A stretch of DNA of 64,000 nucleotides. Source: an uncultured Methanoregulaceae archaeon. Its GTDB lineage: Archaea > Halobacteriota > Methanomicrobia > Methanomicrobiales > Methanospirillaceae. The stretch is taken from positions 1,504,001 through 1,568,000 of the forward strand of contig OY970061.1 of assembly GCA_963705255.1 (NCBI GenBank). The letters run 5' to 3'. Below, piece by piece: positions 34,192 to 44,951 of this stretch. A program made the translations under genes and the position numbers. Under the pieces are notes generated by a model. That model did no database searches. It was not told the DNA's origin and worked only from the letters and a program-made list of their open reading frames with translations. Numbering within the stretch: position 1 is the first letter of the stretch; each line of letters opens with the position of its first letter.

Positions 34192-34255
34192 ACCCGTGAT
34201 CTTGGTAAATCCGGATGGGCCGGGACATACCCGGCATCATTTTTAAGGCATATCA

Positions 34256-35059
34256 ATGAAACCAGCGGCAGAACCGGCAGACACTATCTATTTCACCCTA
34301 CAGGAACTGGGAGTTATCATTGTACTCTCGGTACTTGCAGCCCTGAGCGGTGCCCTCGTTCCCTCGTGGCTCTTTCCCGATAATACGATCTCGGATTTCG
34401 TATACAGTACGCTTGGCCTCCCCGGCCCGGGTGCCGGGGAGCTGGTGTTCGGGAGCATCCTGTGCTTCTGGCTGCTCCTGGGATTGCTTCTCGTGAAAAA
34501 ACCCGGTACGGCTTTCGCCATGGCTATAGTCCTGATAGCGATCGATCTCATGGCAGGCAGTCAGGCCCTCGTTATCCAGACCCTGGATGTCCTGTTGTTT
34601 GTAGCGCTCATTATCGAAGCGATCAGCATGGTCCCGGTTGAACGCAGACCATGGAGCTACCTGCTTCCCGCTTGTCTTCTTGTTTTCGGGATAACAACGC
34701 TTGCCATCGCAATCCTCGGATTTGTAACAACCGGCGAAATGGATACCGCAGTTACAGGGAACTCCTGGTCATATTACTTCTCCGGTTCTCTCGGATTGGT
34801 CTGTGCGTTCATCTGCTGCCGGTATCAGGTACGGTATCTGCTCGCTGTCGGGCTTGCCAGTATGTACTATATGCTGCATTTCTGGCTCTTCTGGGGAAGC
34901 GGCTTCGCTGCACGGTTCCCCTCCGATCCAGTGATGATACCCATCCTTTTTCTTGTGGCGTTACTCGGAGGTGTTGTTTCTGCAGCTGCAGCATATGGCA
35001 TCAGCCGTGTTCTCCGGTACCATGGAAATACTGACTGGCCAAACTCTCCCGATCAATGA
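34256..35059 (+). CDS. Polytopic membrane protein, paralog of 33265..34191
   Basis: FTLQEL, LPGPGAG, KKPGTA, PW.YL.P, GE....A motifs. Confidence 0.65.
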   Translation: MKPAAEPADTIYFTLQELGVIIVLSVLAALSGALVPSWLFPDNTISDFVYSTLGLPGPGAGELVFGSILCFWLLLGLLLVKKPGTAFAMAIVLIAIDLMAGSQALVIQTLDVLLFVALIIEAISMVPVERRPWSYLLPACLLVFGITTLAIAILGFVTTGEMDTAVTGNSWSYYFSGSLGLVCAFICCRYQVRYLLAVGLASMYYMLHFWLFWGSGFAARFPSDPVMIPILFLVALLGGVVSAAAAYGISRVLRYHGNTDWPNSPDQ

Positions 35060-35066
35060 GAAATGT

Positions 35067-35087
35067 TTATCAGGATCAATATGTTAA
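35067..35087. promoter_or_regulatory. Putative operator TTATC-N11-GTTAA overlapping TATA-like TTAAATA upstream of peptide/radical SAM genes
   Basis: TTATCAGGATCAATATGTTAA followed by ATACAT, as at 26306. Confidence 0.33.
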
Positions 35088-35120
35088 ATACATGTAATCA
35101 ACTATAGGAGGTGAAATCAC

Positions 35121-35312
35121 ATGTGTGCACCAATAGTTCTCCCTGAGGCAGCGATTGGCCTTGCAGCGGCCCATATCCTGGGTGTCGGACTGATTGTGGG
35201 GATCGTTGTTTTCAATTCCAACGGAGTGAGAAAGGGCATGAGTTCCCTCCTTGGGATTGGTGAGGGTATCGGTTCGGCATTCGACCGTGCCATATCCGTG
35301 ATGTCCCGGTAA
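35121..35312 (+). CDS. 63-aa hydrophobic Gly/Ala/Ile-rich peptide (candidate RiPP precursor)
   Basis: Strong RBS GGAGGTGA just upstream; ends 8 bp before the radical SAM gene. Confidence 0.65.
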   Translation: MCAPIVLPEAAIGLAAAHILGVGLIVGIVVFNSNGVRKGMSSLLGIGEGIGSAFDRAISVMSR

Positions 35313-35320
35313 GGAACAGA

Positions 35321-36148
35321 ATGTCTGTACTGAAGTATGCGATACCTCCGATCCTGCAGTTGGAACCAACGACTACCTGCAATCTTGACTGTTCGTTCTG
35401 CCTGCGCGGTTCGCTGAACCGGTCGGAGGACTATATCTCTTTTGATGAATTCCGGCAGATCATCGATAAATCCAGAAGCCGGTACCTGACCCTGCACGGG
35501 TGGGGTGAGCCGCTCCTTCACCCGGATCTTCCTGCGATGATCAGGTATGCAGCAGGAAAAAAGATCTCGGTCAATTTTACCACGAATGCAACATTGCTTC
35601 CTGGAAGAACAGATGGCCTTCTGAACTCAGGCCTTGATGCGATTGCATTCAGTTTTCCCGAAGTACAAAAATTCGTTCCTATAATAACCAAGAATGTTGC
35701 CGGGTTTGTGCAGGAACGATCCGCGATGAAACAAAAATTACCGAAAACATATATCAACATCGCGTTAATGGAAGAGAACCTTGATTGTATCGATAAGGGG
35801 CTCGAACTGGCCAGCACAACCGGGGTTGATACGGTGAACTTCGAACGTTCATTTCCCTGGACTGAAATTCAGGCAGAAACTGAGAAAAGCCTGTTCGCCC
35901 GCATCAGAAGTACAGCTAAAAAAACCGGGTGCTCCGTTACCCTGCCCCCACTCCATACGAACCCATGCCCGCTGTTCCAGCTGACCATGTTTGTCAGGTG
36001 GAACGGTGATGTTGCTCCCTGTTGTTACCGCGCCGATCTCCCCCTCGGGAACATGCTGAGGGATAACCTCTCAACAGTAATGCATAACCGGGTTGCCTTT
36101 CTTAAAAAAATGAAAACAGATACGGTATGCCGTGAATGCAGGGTTTAA
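35321..36148 (+). CDS. Radical SAM protein with C-terminal twitch/SPASM domain
   Basis: CNLDCSFC motif, GWGEPLLH, TTNATLL; C-terminal C-x13-GDVAPCC...LGN...CREC. Confidence 0.9.
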   Translation: MSVLKYAIPPILQLEPTTTCNLDCSFCLRGSLNRSEDYISFDEFRQIIDKSRSRYLTLHGWGEPLLHPDLPAMIRYAAGKKISVNFTTNATLLPGRTDGLLNSGLDAIAFSFPEVQKFVPIITKNVAGFVQERSAMKQKLPKTYINIALMEENLDCIDKGLELASTTGVDTVNFERSFPWTEIQAETEKSLFARIRSTAKKTGCSVTLPPLHTNPCPLFQLTMFVRWNGDVAPCCYRADLPLGNMLRDNLSTVMHNRVAFLKKMKTDTVCRECRV

Positions 36149-36454
36149 GAGTGAAGATAATTTCTCAGGAATTTCTGTCCGTGAAGATCGTAATAACCAA
36201 GTACCAGCCTTGATCCGGCAGACCCGTTTCCGGGATTATTTCTTCGTTTTCTTCAGGATAAGGGAATTATCCCCTTGGTCCTCACGTATTCGTTCTTCCT
36301 GCAATCCTTGTTCCCGACAAAAATGTAACAGCTGGTGTTGCAGGATTCTTTAACTTCTTTAAAATAGTAATAATTTTCGTTGAATTTAAAATCTCTCCAC
36401 AAAATGTGCCTCTTTGGCAAAAAATTAATAAAATGAAAGTTCCCGGTATCCGGT

Positions 36455-36832
36455 ATGTTTGCGGGAAGACCCGGACAAAATGTCCCGTACGGATACCCGG
36501 TACATCGTCCAATAGAGTATGAAACTTTACGCCGGATCGTGGAACTCCTGCTCATCCTCGGAACGTTATTCCTGCTCGACATCATAACGACCCAGATCAC
36601 TCTCCGGATGGGTGGCGTCGAACTGAATCCCTTTATGGCGGGAATCGTGGCAAACCCGGTTCTGCATATGGGCATCAAGGCAGCAATCCTTCTCGTTATC
36701 TTTCCGGTCTCTCTCATAGCAGAACGGCGTGTAAGAGGATCCGGCGCCGTATTTTATTGCGTTCTTATCCTGCTCTATATCCTCGTGGTTGCCAACAACC
36801 TGTCCTTCATATTGCCACGAATTGCAATGTAA
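36455..36832 (+). CDS. DUF5658-like small membrane protein
   Basis: LDIITT...GGVELNPFM, K, NN motif pattern; start uncertain. Confidence 0.65.
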   Translation: MFAGRPGQNVPYGYPVHRPIEYETLRRIVELLLILGTLFLLDIITTQITLRMGGVELNPFMAGIVANPVLHMGIKAAILLVIFPVSLIAERRVRGSGAVFYCVLILLYILVVANNLSFILPRIAM

Positions 36833-37006
36833 TACTCCTGAAAAGGTCCGGGATCAATCCAATACATCCGGTGATTAAGAAAAACTGATGCCTGGGGGTA
36901 TACCCTCACTATCAGGACTTTTCTGAACTACCAATGCCCATGGATAGGACTCACGTAACAGACTCGCAGGGGCTGCGTCGACGCGTTACTTACCAAGAAT
37001 AACTGT

Positions 37007-37922
37007 TCAGTACGCCCCAACAGTAATCTCTGTGGTTTTTCGGACCAGGGTCACTTCGGGATAGGGAGATGGTTCGAATGCCAACTGGATCTCCTGCGGT
37101 CCGGGATCCGGCTGGGTCCGCTGCACATTCCCGCAGATGGCAAGTGTGTCTTCCACGCTCGTGCTTACGGAATTCCATAAAGCTGTGTTGAACCTCCCGG
37201 TCGGAGCGGTGATGGTGAGAGTCAGGCTGGTTGCATCGGGAAGACTGTCTGTGCTTACATTGCTTTCCAGAACAAGCATACCGTTCCCGTTTCCGCTTAT
37301 CCGGGAATGCAGGCTGTCCGGAGTGATATTGATCATATGGACTATAATCGAGGAGCAGTTGCCGGGACTGGAATACGAGGGGACAGGTTCTAGGTTCACA
37401 AGGGACCCGGCCAACCCGTACGTGACATCATCAAAGGTGGGGTACTCAAGAGGTGTTGAAAGGTTGCGTTCAGTATTCAGGACATATATGTTCCCGTACG
37501 CCCAGCCGTATCCCTGGTCCTGCCAGAAATTGTTCACCGGCTTGTAGGTGAATTTGACCAGGCTTACATTCTGGCCCGGGATATCGGGTTCTGCAGCATT
37601 CGCCCAGTCCATCTGAATATACCCCTGAGGAGGTGAATTCCAGATTTTTAACTCCCCACCGGACTTTACCGCATCGAAGGTAAAGTCCCCTCCTCCCAGC
37701 GGTATCGGTTCTGACAGACTTCATGTTCCCTTTTAGGGAAGCGGCGGTCTCGATATCCGATGAAAACCGCAGGAACCCGGTCTCGACGTCTTTGAGGTGG
37801 GTAATCTCGGACTGCGCCTTCATGGAGGGGACGTAATAGGCATTCCATGCAGCAAAAAACGTTACTCCTATGGCAAGGATGAGCATCGCAGCAACGACCG
37901 GGGCCACGCCATCTTCGCTCAC
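37007..37922 (-). CDS. Minor pilin-like protein with class III signal peptide; apparent frameshift near 37718
   Basis: EDG/VAPVVAAMLILAI...YVPS.K..EI.H; ORFs 37470..37922 and 37007..37612 join. Confidence 0.68.
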
Positions 37923-38335
37923 AGGCTGACCTTCCCGGTATAGATCACCGTCTTAGGGGTGACCAGTTTGACGGTCTCATTTCCTTCGAGTTGTGTATGC
38001 ATCTGTACCGTGATATTGCTCCCCAGATCGAATACGGGTTTATCCGGGACAAGGATAAGGTCCCCGTTCTGGTAGGAAAATGATGTACGGTTGGTGTCGT
38101 TCCCGACGATCACGGTCAGGTCCTCTTCCTTGACCCAGTCTCCACCCTTGTCCCAAAGGGTGATGTTCTGCTGGTCATTGGTCATCATGATGTTAATACT
38201 TGGATCACGGGAGGTAGGGAGGAAATTGTAGAGTGTTGCAGAAAACACCGAGATTAATACGATGACAAGGGCGATCATGAGCATCTCCCCGACCACTTCC
38301 GAGACGCCGGAATCAGTATTTTTTTTGTAATTCAT
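37919..38335 (-). CDS. Archaeal type IV pilin (DUF1628-like)
   Basis: DSG/VSEVVGEMLMIALV, KGGD motif. Confidence 0.82.
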   Translation of the reverse strand: MNYKKNTDSGVSEVVGEMLMIALVIVLISVFSATLYNFLPTSRDPSINIMMTNDQQNITLWDKGGDWVKEEDLTVIVGNDTNRTSFSYQNGDLILVPDKPVFDLGSNITVQMHTQLEGNETVKLVTPKTVIYTGKVSL

Positions 38336-38764
38336 TTCTTTACTCCATCGGATTCAGAAGGATTTTTCGTGCAACGGTAGTCCCGGCAGTTTTGTCAGGA
38401 AGTGTGGTATGAACAGAAACGACCATCGGGAATAGCCGGTTTATGAAACCTCCATGATAATACCATGATCGCAGGAAAACTTTTCCAGATAGTTGTTATT
38501 TTTCCCATCGCCGTTTGCCCGCTTGTTGTTTATTTAGTTTCAAATTCCGGTATTTTACATTTTTTCGCTTATTCAGACTTCACATATTAAAAAAATTTTT
38601 TGTATTTTTGGTAAGTTAAAATGTTAAATTTATAAGGAATGTTAATCATACTTATTGAATAAATTTTCCTTTTAAAAGAATTGTCCAAAACTATCGAATG
38701 CTATTAAAATAAAAAAAGTATTATGAGCGGAACATATCCGCTCGTACAACGAGGAGGTGTCTGG

Positions 38765-39397
38765 ATGGGAAAGACAGAGGAGGGCGTTTCCCCCGTAGTT
38801 GGTGTTATGCTCATGCTCTCGGTGACGATCATTATTGCTGCCATCGTCAGTGCAGCGGCCGGCAGCTTTTCCGGCACCAAGGAAAAAGCTCCCTCTGCAA
38901 TCCTTGAAGTCCATTTCTACGAAAACCGGTCGTATGGCAGTTTTTCTGCACCGGCGATGACGATCGAGCATATCAGCGGGAACCCCCTGCAGACCAAGGA
39001 CTTGAGCATCACCACGTATTTCAGGAACGAGTCTGGCCAGCTGATCAAAGGCTACCTGCTCGGGGAGAAGGCTGTTCAGGTTGATTCTGGCGAGTATAGC
39101 GGGGTCCTGTTCATCAATGACATGGATCGGTTCGGTTCCCCACTCCAGAGTTCGGATACCAGGTATGAAAGCTGGTTCGGCAATGCATCGGCGGTCTTAA
39201 TGGCCGGGGATGTCCTGGTGACTCCTGCCCAGTACTATAGTTCACCACCCTATGACAATCTCGGCCTGAATTATATCCTCGGTTTTGATACTACAGATCC
39301 GGGCAGTGGCTACCAGGCAGGTGCTGTTATTAACGTCAAGATTGTCCATGTCCCGAGTGGCCAGGTCATCTTTGACCAAGATGTGGTGGTTGTGTGA
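38765..39397 (+). CDS. Archaeal type IV pilin (DUF1628-like), type A
   Basis: RBS GGAGGTG; EEG/VSPVVGVMLML; C-terminus INVKIVHVPSGQVIFDQDV. Confidence 0.85.
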   Translation: MGKTEEGVSPVVGVMLMLSVTIIIAAIVSAAAGSFSGTKEKAPSAILEVHFYENRSYGSFSAPAMTIEHISGNPLQTKDLSITTYFRNESGQLIKGYLLGEKAVQVDSGEYSGVLFINDMDRFGSPLQSSDTRYESWFGNASAVLMAGDVLVTPAQYYSSPPYDNLGLNYILGFDTTDPGSGYQAGAVINVKIVHVPSGQVIFDQDVVVV

Positions 39398-39912
39398 GGA
39401 CGGGCAGGAACCCTGCGGATGCAGTCTCGCCGGTTGTCGGTGTGATGCTGATGCTTGCGGTTACCGTCATGATCGCAGCAATCGTAAGCACGTACGCCGG
39501 GGGGTTTTCCGGGGGCGCTGAAAAGAGCCCCCAGAGTTCGATCCGTGCAACTCTGGTGCTGGCCCAGAACAACAACAACCCCGGCATCTATTTTGAACAC
39601 GAAGGCGGTGACCCGTTTATGCTCAGCTCCATCAATGTGGTTTTACGTTCCGGTGATAACGAAACCTCGCTGTCTGCCAACGATGCCGGGAGCAGTAAGG
39701 TCCAGAGTTTTACCGAGGTAGGTAACAGCAGGGGGAGTTTCGATACCACCATCAAAGCCGGGGATACGTTCTTTATAGGGGGCTGGGATTATGGCAGCGG
39801 TACGGGGATGCAGTTCGGGAGCATGGTTCTTACGAATAATACTCCGATCACCTGGCTTGTTGTGGACAAGGAGACGGGCAAGACCATCTCAACAGGCGAA
39901 TTTTATTTTTGA
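39394..39912 (+). CDS. Archaeal type IV pilin (DUF1628-like), type B
   Basis: ADA/VSPVVGVMLML, HEGGD; GTGA overlap with previous gene. Confidence 0.85.
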   Translation: MRTGRNPADAVSPVVGVMLMLAVTVMIAAIVSTYAGGFSGGAEKSPQSSIRATLVLAQNNNNPGIYFEHEGGDPFMLSSINVVLRSGDNETSLSANDAGSSKVQSFTEVGNSRGSFDTTIKAGDTFFIGGWDYGSGTGMQFGSMVLTNNTPITWLVVDKETGKTISTGEFYF

Positions 39913-40065
39913 AAAAAGTGAGGATAACTGGAGCGGTACCCGGTAGTCCAGTACCCATTACGCACTCACCTGCATTCTCCGTAGATAACGGTGTCATTTG
40001 GTTGTGGAGAGCCCCTGTTGAAACGCTCCGGGCCCTGTCCCGGAGCCAGACGCCATTCCCCGGTA

Positions 40066-41916
40066 TCACATCACAACCACAAACATGGCGATGGTGGCCG
40101 CAAGGAGCACGATGCTGTGCTTCAAGCCGGCAAGGATGCTGTTCGAGCTGAACTGCCCGGCCATGATGCCGGAGAACGTAGCGAGGATGATCCCGATGTT
40201 GAACATCTCGGTAAGGTTGTCGGCCGTGTCGACGGTCACATTCATCCCTTTGAACGCCGCAAGGAACGGCACATTCAGCTGGTATGCCGTATACAGGTAG
40301 ATGCCAAACGAGAGGTAGATGATCATCACATAAATGATCGTCGTGTTTGACCGCTCCCGCTTCAGTTTGAGATAGTACTCGAAATCGGTGATTGCGATGA
40401 TGAAGATCTGCTTGAGGTTCGTAGTGATCTCGCTGGCCCTGACGAGCAGCGAGATCGCACGTTTCACGGAGACCAGCCCGATCCGTTCTTCCATTTTCAC
40501 CAGCGCGGAATTGACATAGGCGCCCGACTCGATATCCCGGGACGCAACCGAGAGCTCTGAACTCAGTACGCCCAGTTTCGCACCGGCAATCCGGTGGATT
40601 GCCTCGTGGAGGGTGATCCCGATGTCTTTCATATCCGAGAGTTCCCGAAGGAAATCCGGCAGGTGTGATTCGATGTTCTTCACGTACCAGCGCCGCCCCT
40701 CGTAGGAGATGGCGACCGGTGCCATGAATGCGATGATCATCAGGCAGATGGCGGCTTCCGGCACATCATTCGGGATCAGGGTATCAAATCCCCCGGTGAG
40801 CCAGACTGCGGCAACGATCCCGGCACAGATACCCCGAGACCGATACCGTAATAATAACTCCGGATATAGGTCTTGATCGGGTGACGCAGCAGGCCAAGAT
40901 AATAATTCCGTTGCTTGTTCGCTTTGATCCGCTTATAGAACTCACGGTTCTCCGGATCTGCTTCCGAAAGTGCCTTCTCATCGGATCCCGGAACACTGGA
41001 TCCGAAATCATATTCTATGGTCTCTTTCCGGGAGATCTCCATGTTTTCCGGGGGGAGCATCAGGGAGAGGATCCAGATGAGGACGATCGCACCGGCCGGG
41101 ATACAGATGTACATCATCGGCAGGATCCATGCCATTCCCGTGGAATTGGTCATACCCTGGGCAACGATCATGATGATGAGGGCAATGGGCCCGGCCACAA
41201 ACGCCGTCACGTAAACCTCGGCCATGATCTCGATGGTCTTTAAGACCATTTCGAGTTCCTGTTTTGCCTGGTCCCGGTAGTATTCGGTCTTTGCACCGAG
41301 GTATGTGGTGACATTCCCGCCGCTGTCGAAGACGATCGCCAGGTCATTGAGGAAGTCGCGGAGATTGGTGGAAGGGGTAGTGCGCTGCAGGTTCTTCATG
41401 GCCGCATCAAGGTCGTCACCAAAGAGTTCGACGTCCCTGACGATCATGCCGAACTCCTTTGAGATCTCGCCGAACATGTCATGCTCTTCGTACACTTTGC
41501 GGATGATCTCGAACGGCGGCATGGAGGTGGAGAGGGCCTGCATGTAGGAGATGGCATAGGGCATGTCAAGGTCAATCCGGTTCTTCCGACCCTGTGCAAC
41601 GATCTGCGGGTAATACAGACTGCATCACGTACTGCCCGGGTACGATCAGCATGAATAAAAGGATCCAGAGAAGGGTGCCGGAGGTCTGGAGACCGAAGAT
41701 ATCCAGTTCGAACCCGCTGATCAGAAAAAACGCCCAGAGGGTGAAGAACATCACGAGCGTGCCGGCGAGGTTGATCTGGACTGTCCTGAGGTACTCCTCT
41801 GCGGTGATGGGCATATGGGCTGACCGGAGCACCGGGCGGAGGCTGCTGCCATGGATCATCAGCTCAAAATCGGTCAGCTTCTTCTCAGCTCTTCTGATGA
41901 ATGGCGGCAGGAACAC
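40066..41916 (-). CDS. Type IV pilus membrane platform protein (GspF/TadC/FlaJ family); apparent frameshifts near 41619 and 40830
   Basis: MPYAISYMQALS, GEISKEF..IVRDVELFG.D, TPS..L..FL; second repeat LPDFLRELSDM...G.TL; three ORFs join. Confidence 0.85.
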
Positions 41917-41918
41917 GT

Positions 41919-43839
41919 TCAGTCACCCAGATCGTGAATGGCATTTGCAAGGTCCCGGAGCGTCGGCGGCTCCACTTCGAGAGCCCAGGTAAAAAACTCT
42001 TCGCGCTTTTTGAGCTGACGTTCCAGTTCTTCCGTATCCCAGACCGCAGTGGAATGCAATCTCATCGAGGACCCTGGACTTCTGGAAAACCCGCCTGAAC
42101 GTGTCGTGCTGGATATCCCATTCAAACAGGAGGATGGGGTTGATCTCCCCGTCCTTCGTGACTTCAATCTCGTGGATGGAGAGGCAGCGCCGGATCCTCG
42201 TCTTCCCAAGGGTATAGATGGCCTGTACAACGACAAGGTCGAGTGCCTGGAACATAACCGGAGGTACGTTGATCGGATCGTGGGTCAGGCGGTTGATCGC
42301 TTCGTACACGCTTCCTGCGTGGATAGTCGAGAGGGTTGAGTGACCCGAGTTCATGGCCTGGAAGAGCGTCTGGGCTTCTATGCCCCTTACCTCGCCCACA
42401 ATGATGTATTCCGGGCGCTGCCGCATGCAGGCTTTCAGGAGGGAGAAGAGATCGATGTCGCCTTTGATCCCTTCCGCATTGAGTTCTCGTGTCTTTGTGG
42501 GGAGCCAGTTCCTGTGCGGCAGCTGGATCTCCCGTGTATCCTCCAGCGATACAACCTTTGCATTCTGCGGGATGAATAGGGAGACCGCGTTCATCATGGA
42601 AGTCTTGCCGCTCGCAGTTCCTCCAACGACAAGCAGGCTCTTCCGGTGTTCGATGGCAAGCCAGAGGAACGCGAGGGTCTGTGCATCGTACGTACCGAAC
42701 CGGATGAGGTCGAGCGGTGTCATGGGTTCTGCCCGGAACTTCCGTATCGTGAACGAGCTGCCCTTGGTGGAGACCACTTCGCTGTAGGTGATCTGGATGC
42801 GGGCACCGTCCGGCAGGGTTGCATCGACCATGGGGTTCGAAAGCGACATCTGCTTGTTGGCTTTCTGGGCGAGTTTGAGGACGAACTGGTTCAGTTCACT
42901 CTCGGTAAAATAGACGCTTGTCGGCAGGCTCCCGTAAGTCCGGTGAAAGATGAAGACCGGGAGATCGTGGCCGTTGCAGCTGAGATCTTCGAGAGCCGGG
43001 TCCCGCATGAGGACTTCGAGAGGGCCGTAGCCGGAGAGATCCCGTTTGATATAATAATTCAGGATCGCAACCCGGTCGTCGGTAATGTCCGGATCGAACT
43101 GACGGGTAATCCTGGCCACAGCAGCCGGATCGATGCGCTCATCCGGGTCTTTCTCCGTATTATCATAGATGATAATATCGCGGAGGTGCGCATAGGTCTC
43201 CATCAGAATCGTCTTCTCTTTCTGGGAGATGGTAGGCTCCACCACGATATAGGTGAAACCCTCGTTCCTGACCCGCTCAATCTTCACATAGGAATAGGGT
43301 TCGACGACCCAGTACTGCTCCAGGGTGGCAAGGGACGCTTTTTCCAGTATGCCAGATGCCTGCAGGGATTGTGCGGATTCCTGCACACCAGGGCAATCCG
43401 GTACCTGATCCGGCACGGGTAGGGCATCGTTCTTTTTTCCCATTACTCCAGGAAGGAGCCAGGTTCCAGCAGCATGTCGCCTGATTATGGTTTTTACCGA
43501 CAGGGTGGCTGCTGCGAGGGCCACGACGGTGAGGCCGATCACGGCCGGAATGGGGAGATCGATGAACATCACGACGAAGCCCGATACCATGGCTGTCGCA
43601 ATGACTGCCGCAAGGGAAAACACTCCTTCCCATGAAGCTTCGGTAAAAATTGTCAGAGCGTGTTCAACGGCAGCACGTGCAGTCTGCATATCCAGTGCCG
43701 GCAGCTCTTTTTTAAGAGAGCCGGACCTGGGGAGGGGATCCGCCACGGGAGGGAGTGGGTCTTTTGTGATGCGTATACGGTTTTTCAACGTCGTGAACAG
43801 ACTGTTGAGTCCGATGAGGGTGAACGCACATGATAGCAT
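41919..43839 (-). CDS. Type IV pilus assembly ATPase (FlaI/TadA/VirB11 family) with hydrophobic N-terminal extension; apparent frameshift near 42043
   Basis: GGTASGKTS Walker A, LEDTREI, RQRPEYIIVGEVRG, GHSTLSTIHA; start uncertain. Confidence 0.88.
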
Positions 43840-44099
43840 AACCGGAAAATCCTGAATTATAGCGCCCCCCTTCCTTATTGAACGATACTGCCGGCAGCAT
43901 CCGAGTATTTTTAAACTTCTGTTACGCCGGTATTTTGTGAATCACTAGTGTATTGTATCCCGGCATAAAAAATCTATGCAAAATTGTTAACTTTATCCTA
44001 TTAATATTAATATAAAATCAAGTTTTTTTTATTAATTTATGGTGAGTTAATGCCCAGAAAAAATCCCTGATTAATTTAAATAAAGTATGAAAAACTGAA

Positions 44100-44951
44100 T
44101 TACGTATTCCACTCGTCTCCCGAGGGTGTCCCCGCAGGTGCCGGTGTTGATGTGCCCCATTTCCCGATATCAAGTCCGGTTGGTGTCGCTCCGGTCAGGA
44201 TTTTCACATCCACAGTAAGGTAATTCCCTTCGATCGTGATCTGGTATGCACCCTCCTTATATATCGCGATGTATCGTGGGCCGGAAGGAGCTGTCGAGGT
44301 TGTAGTTACGCCTGTTGATATATCCGCAACTGTATTGTGGGACACCTCGTTGCCGGTATCCGAACTGTACCCGCGCGCGTACCCATCCTCTGCCACGATT
44401 TCATGGGTCTGGTTGTCCCGCACGGTAATCGTCATGTAGGGGCGGTTTACTGATGCTGCCAGATTCCCCCTGCAGGAATCCGGGTTCGCCATACAGTCGA
44501 ATTTCGGGGTGACCACAAATACGATATACAGAGGACCTTCAGCAACATTTACGAGGAGACCGAACGCATTGCCCTCCAGATTGTAGGTTTTCTCAAACTC
44601 AGGGCTACGATTGAGAGGGCTGTCCATCGGCGCAGCGTTGACTCTTACCCCATGAATGATTGGATAGGGATCCGGCGTGAGGAACGGTACGACCTCTGTT
44701 ACAACCTCAGATTGAGCCGGGGTCATTTCCGCGTCAGGAGCCTGTTGCAGGGAACCCGGGGTTGCATCAGGAAGAGCAGATGCAACGTTCATCCCTGCTG
44801 TACTTTGGGATGACCCATTATCTGCCGGTACAGGTTCCGTACTTTTCTGCAGCATCTTGATGCAACCGCTGGAACAGGTCATTGCTGCAAGGAGGATCAA
44901 TACCACCGTATACAGCACCGTGAATGATCCCACCCTTCTGTTTCGTATCAT
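44100..44951 (-). CDS. Hypothetical lipoprotein/surface protein
   Basis: Hydrophobic N-terminus with SSGC lipobox-like motif, Pro/Thr linker, beta-rich C-terminal domain. Confidence 0.7.
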   Translation of the reverse strand: MIRNRRVGSFTVLYTVVLILLAAMTCSSGCIKMLQKSTEPVPADNGSSQSTAGMNVASALPDATPGSLQQAPDAEMTPAQSEVVTEVVPFLTPDPYPIIHGVRVNAAPMDSPLNRSPEFEKTYNLEGNAFGLLVNVAEGPLYIVFVVTPKFDCMANPDSCRGNLAASVNRPYMTITVRDNQTHEIVAEDGYARGYSSDTGNEVSHNTVADISTGVTTTSTAPSGPRYIAIYKEGAYQITIEGNYLTVDVKILTGATPTGLDIGKWGTSTPAPAGTPSGDEWNT

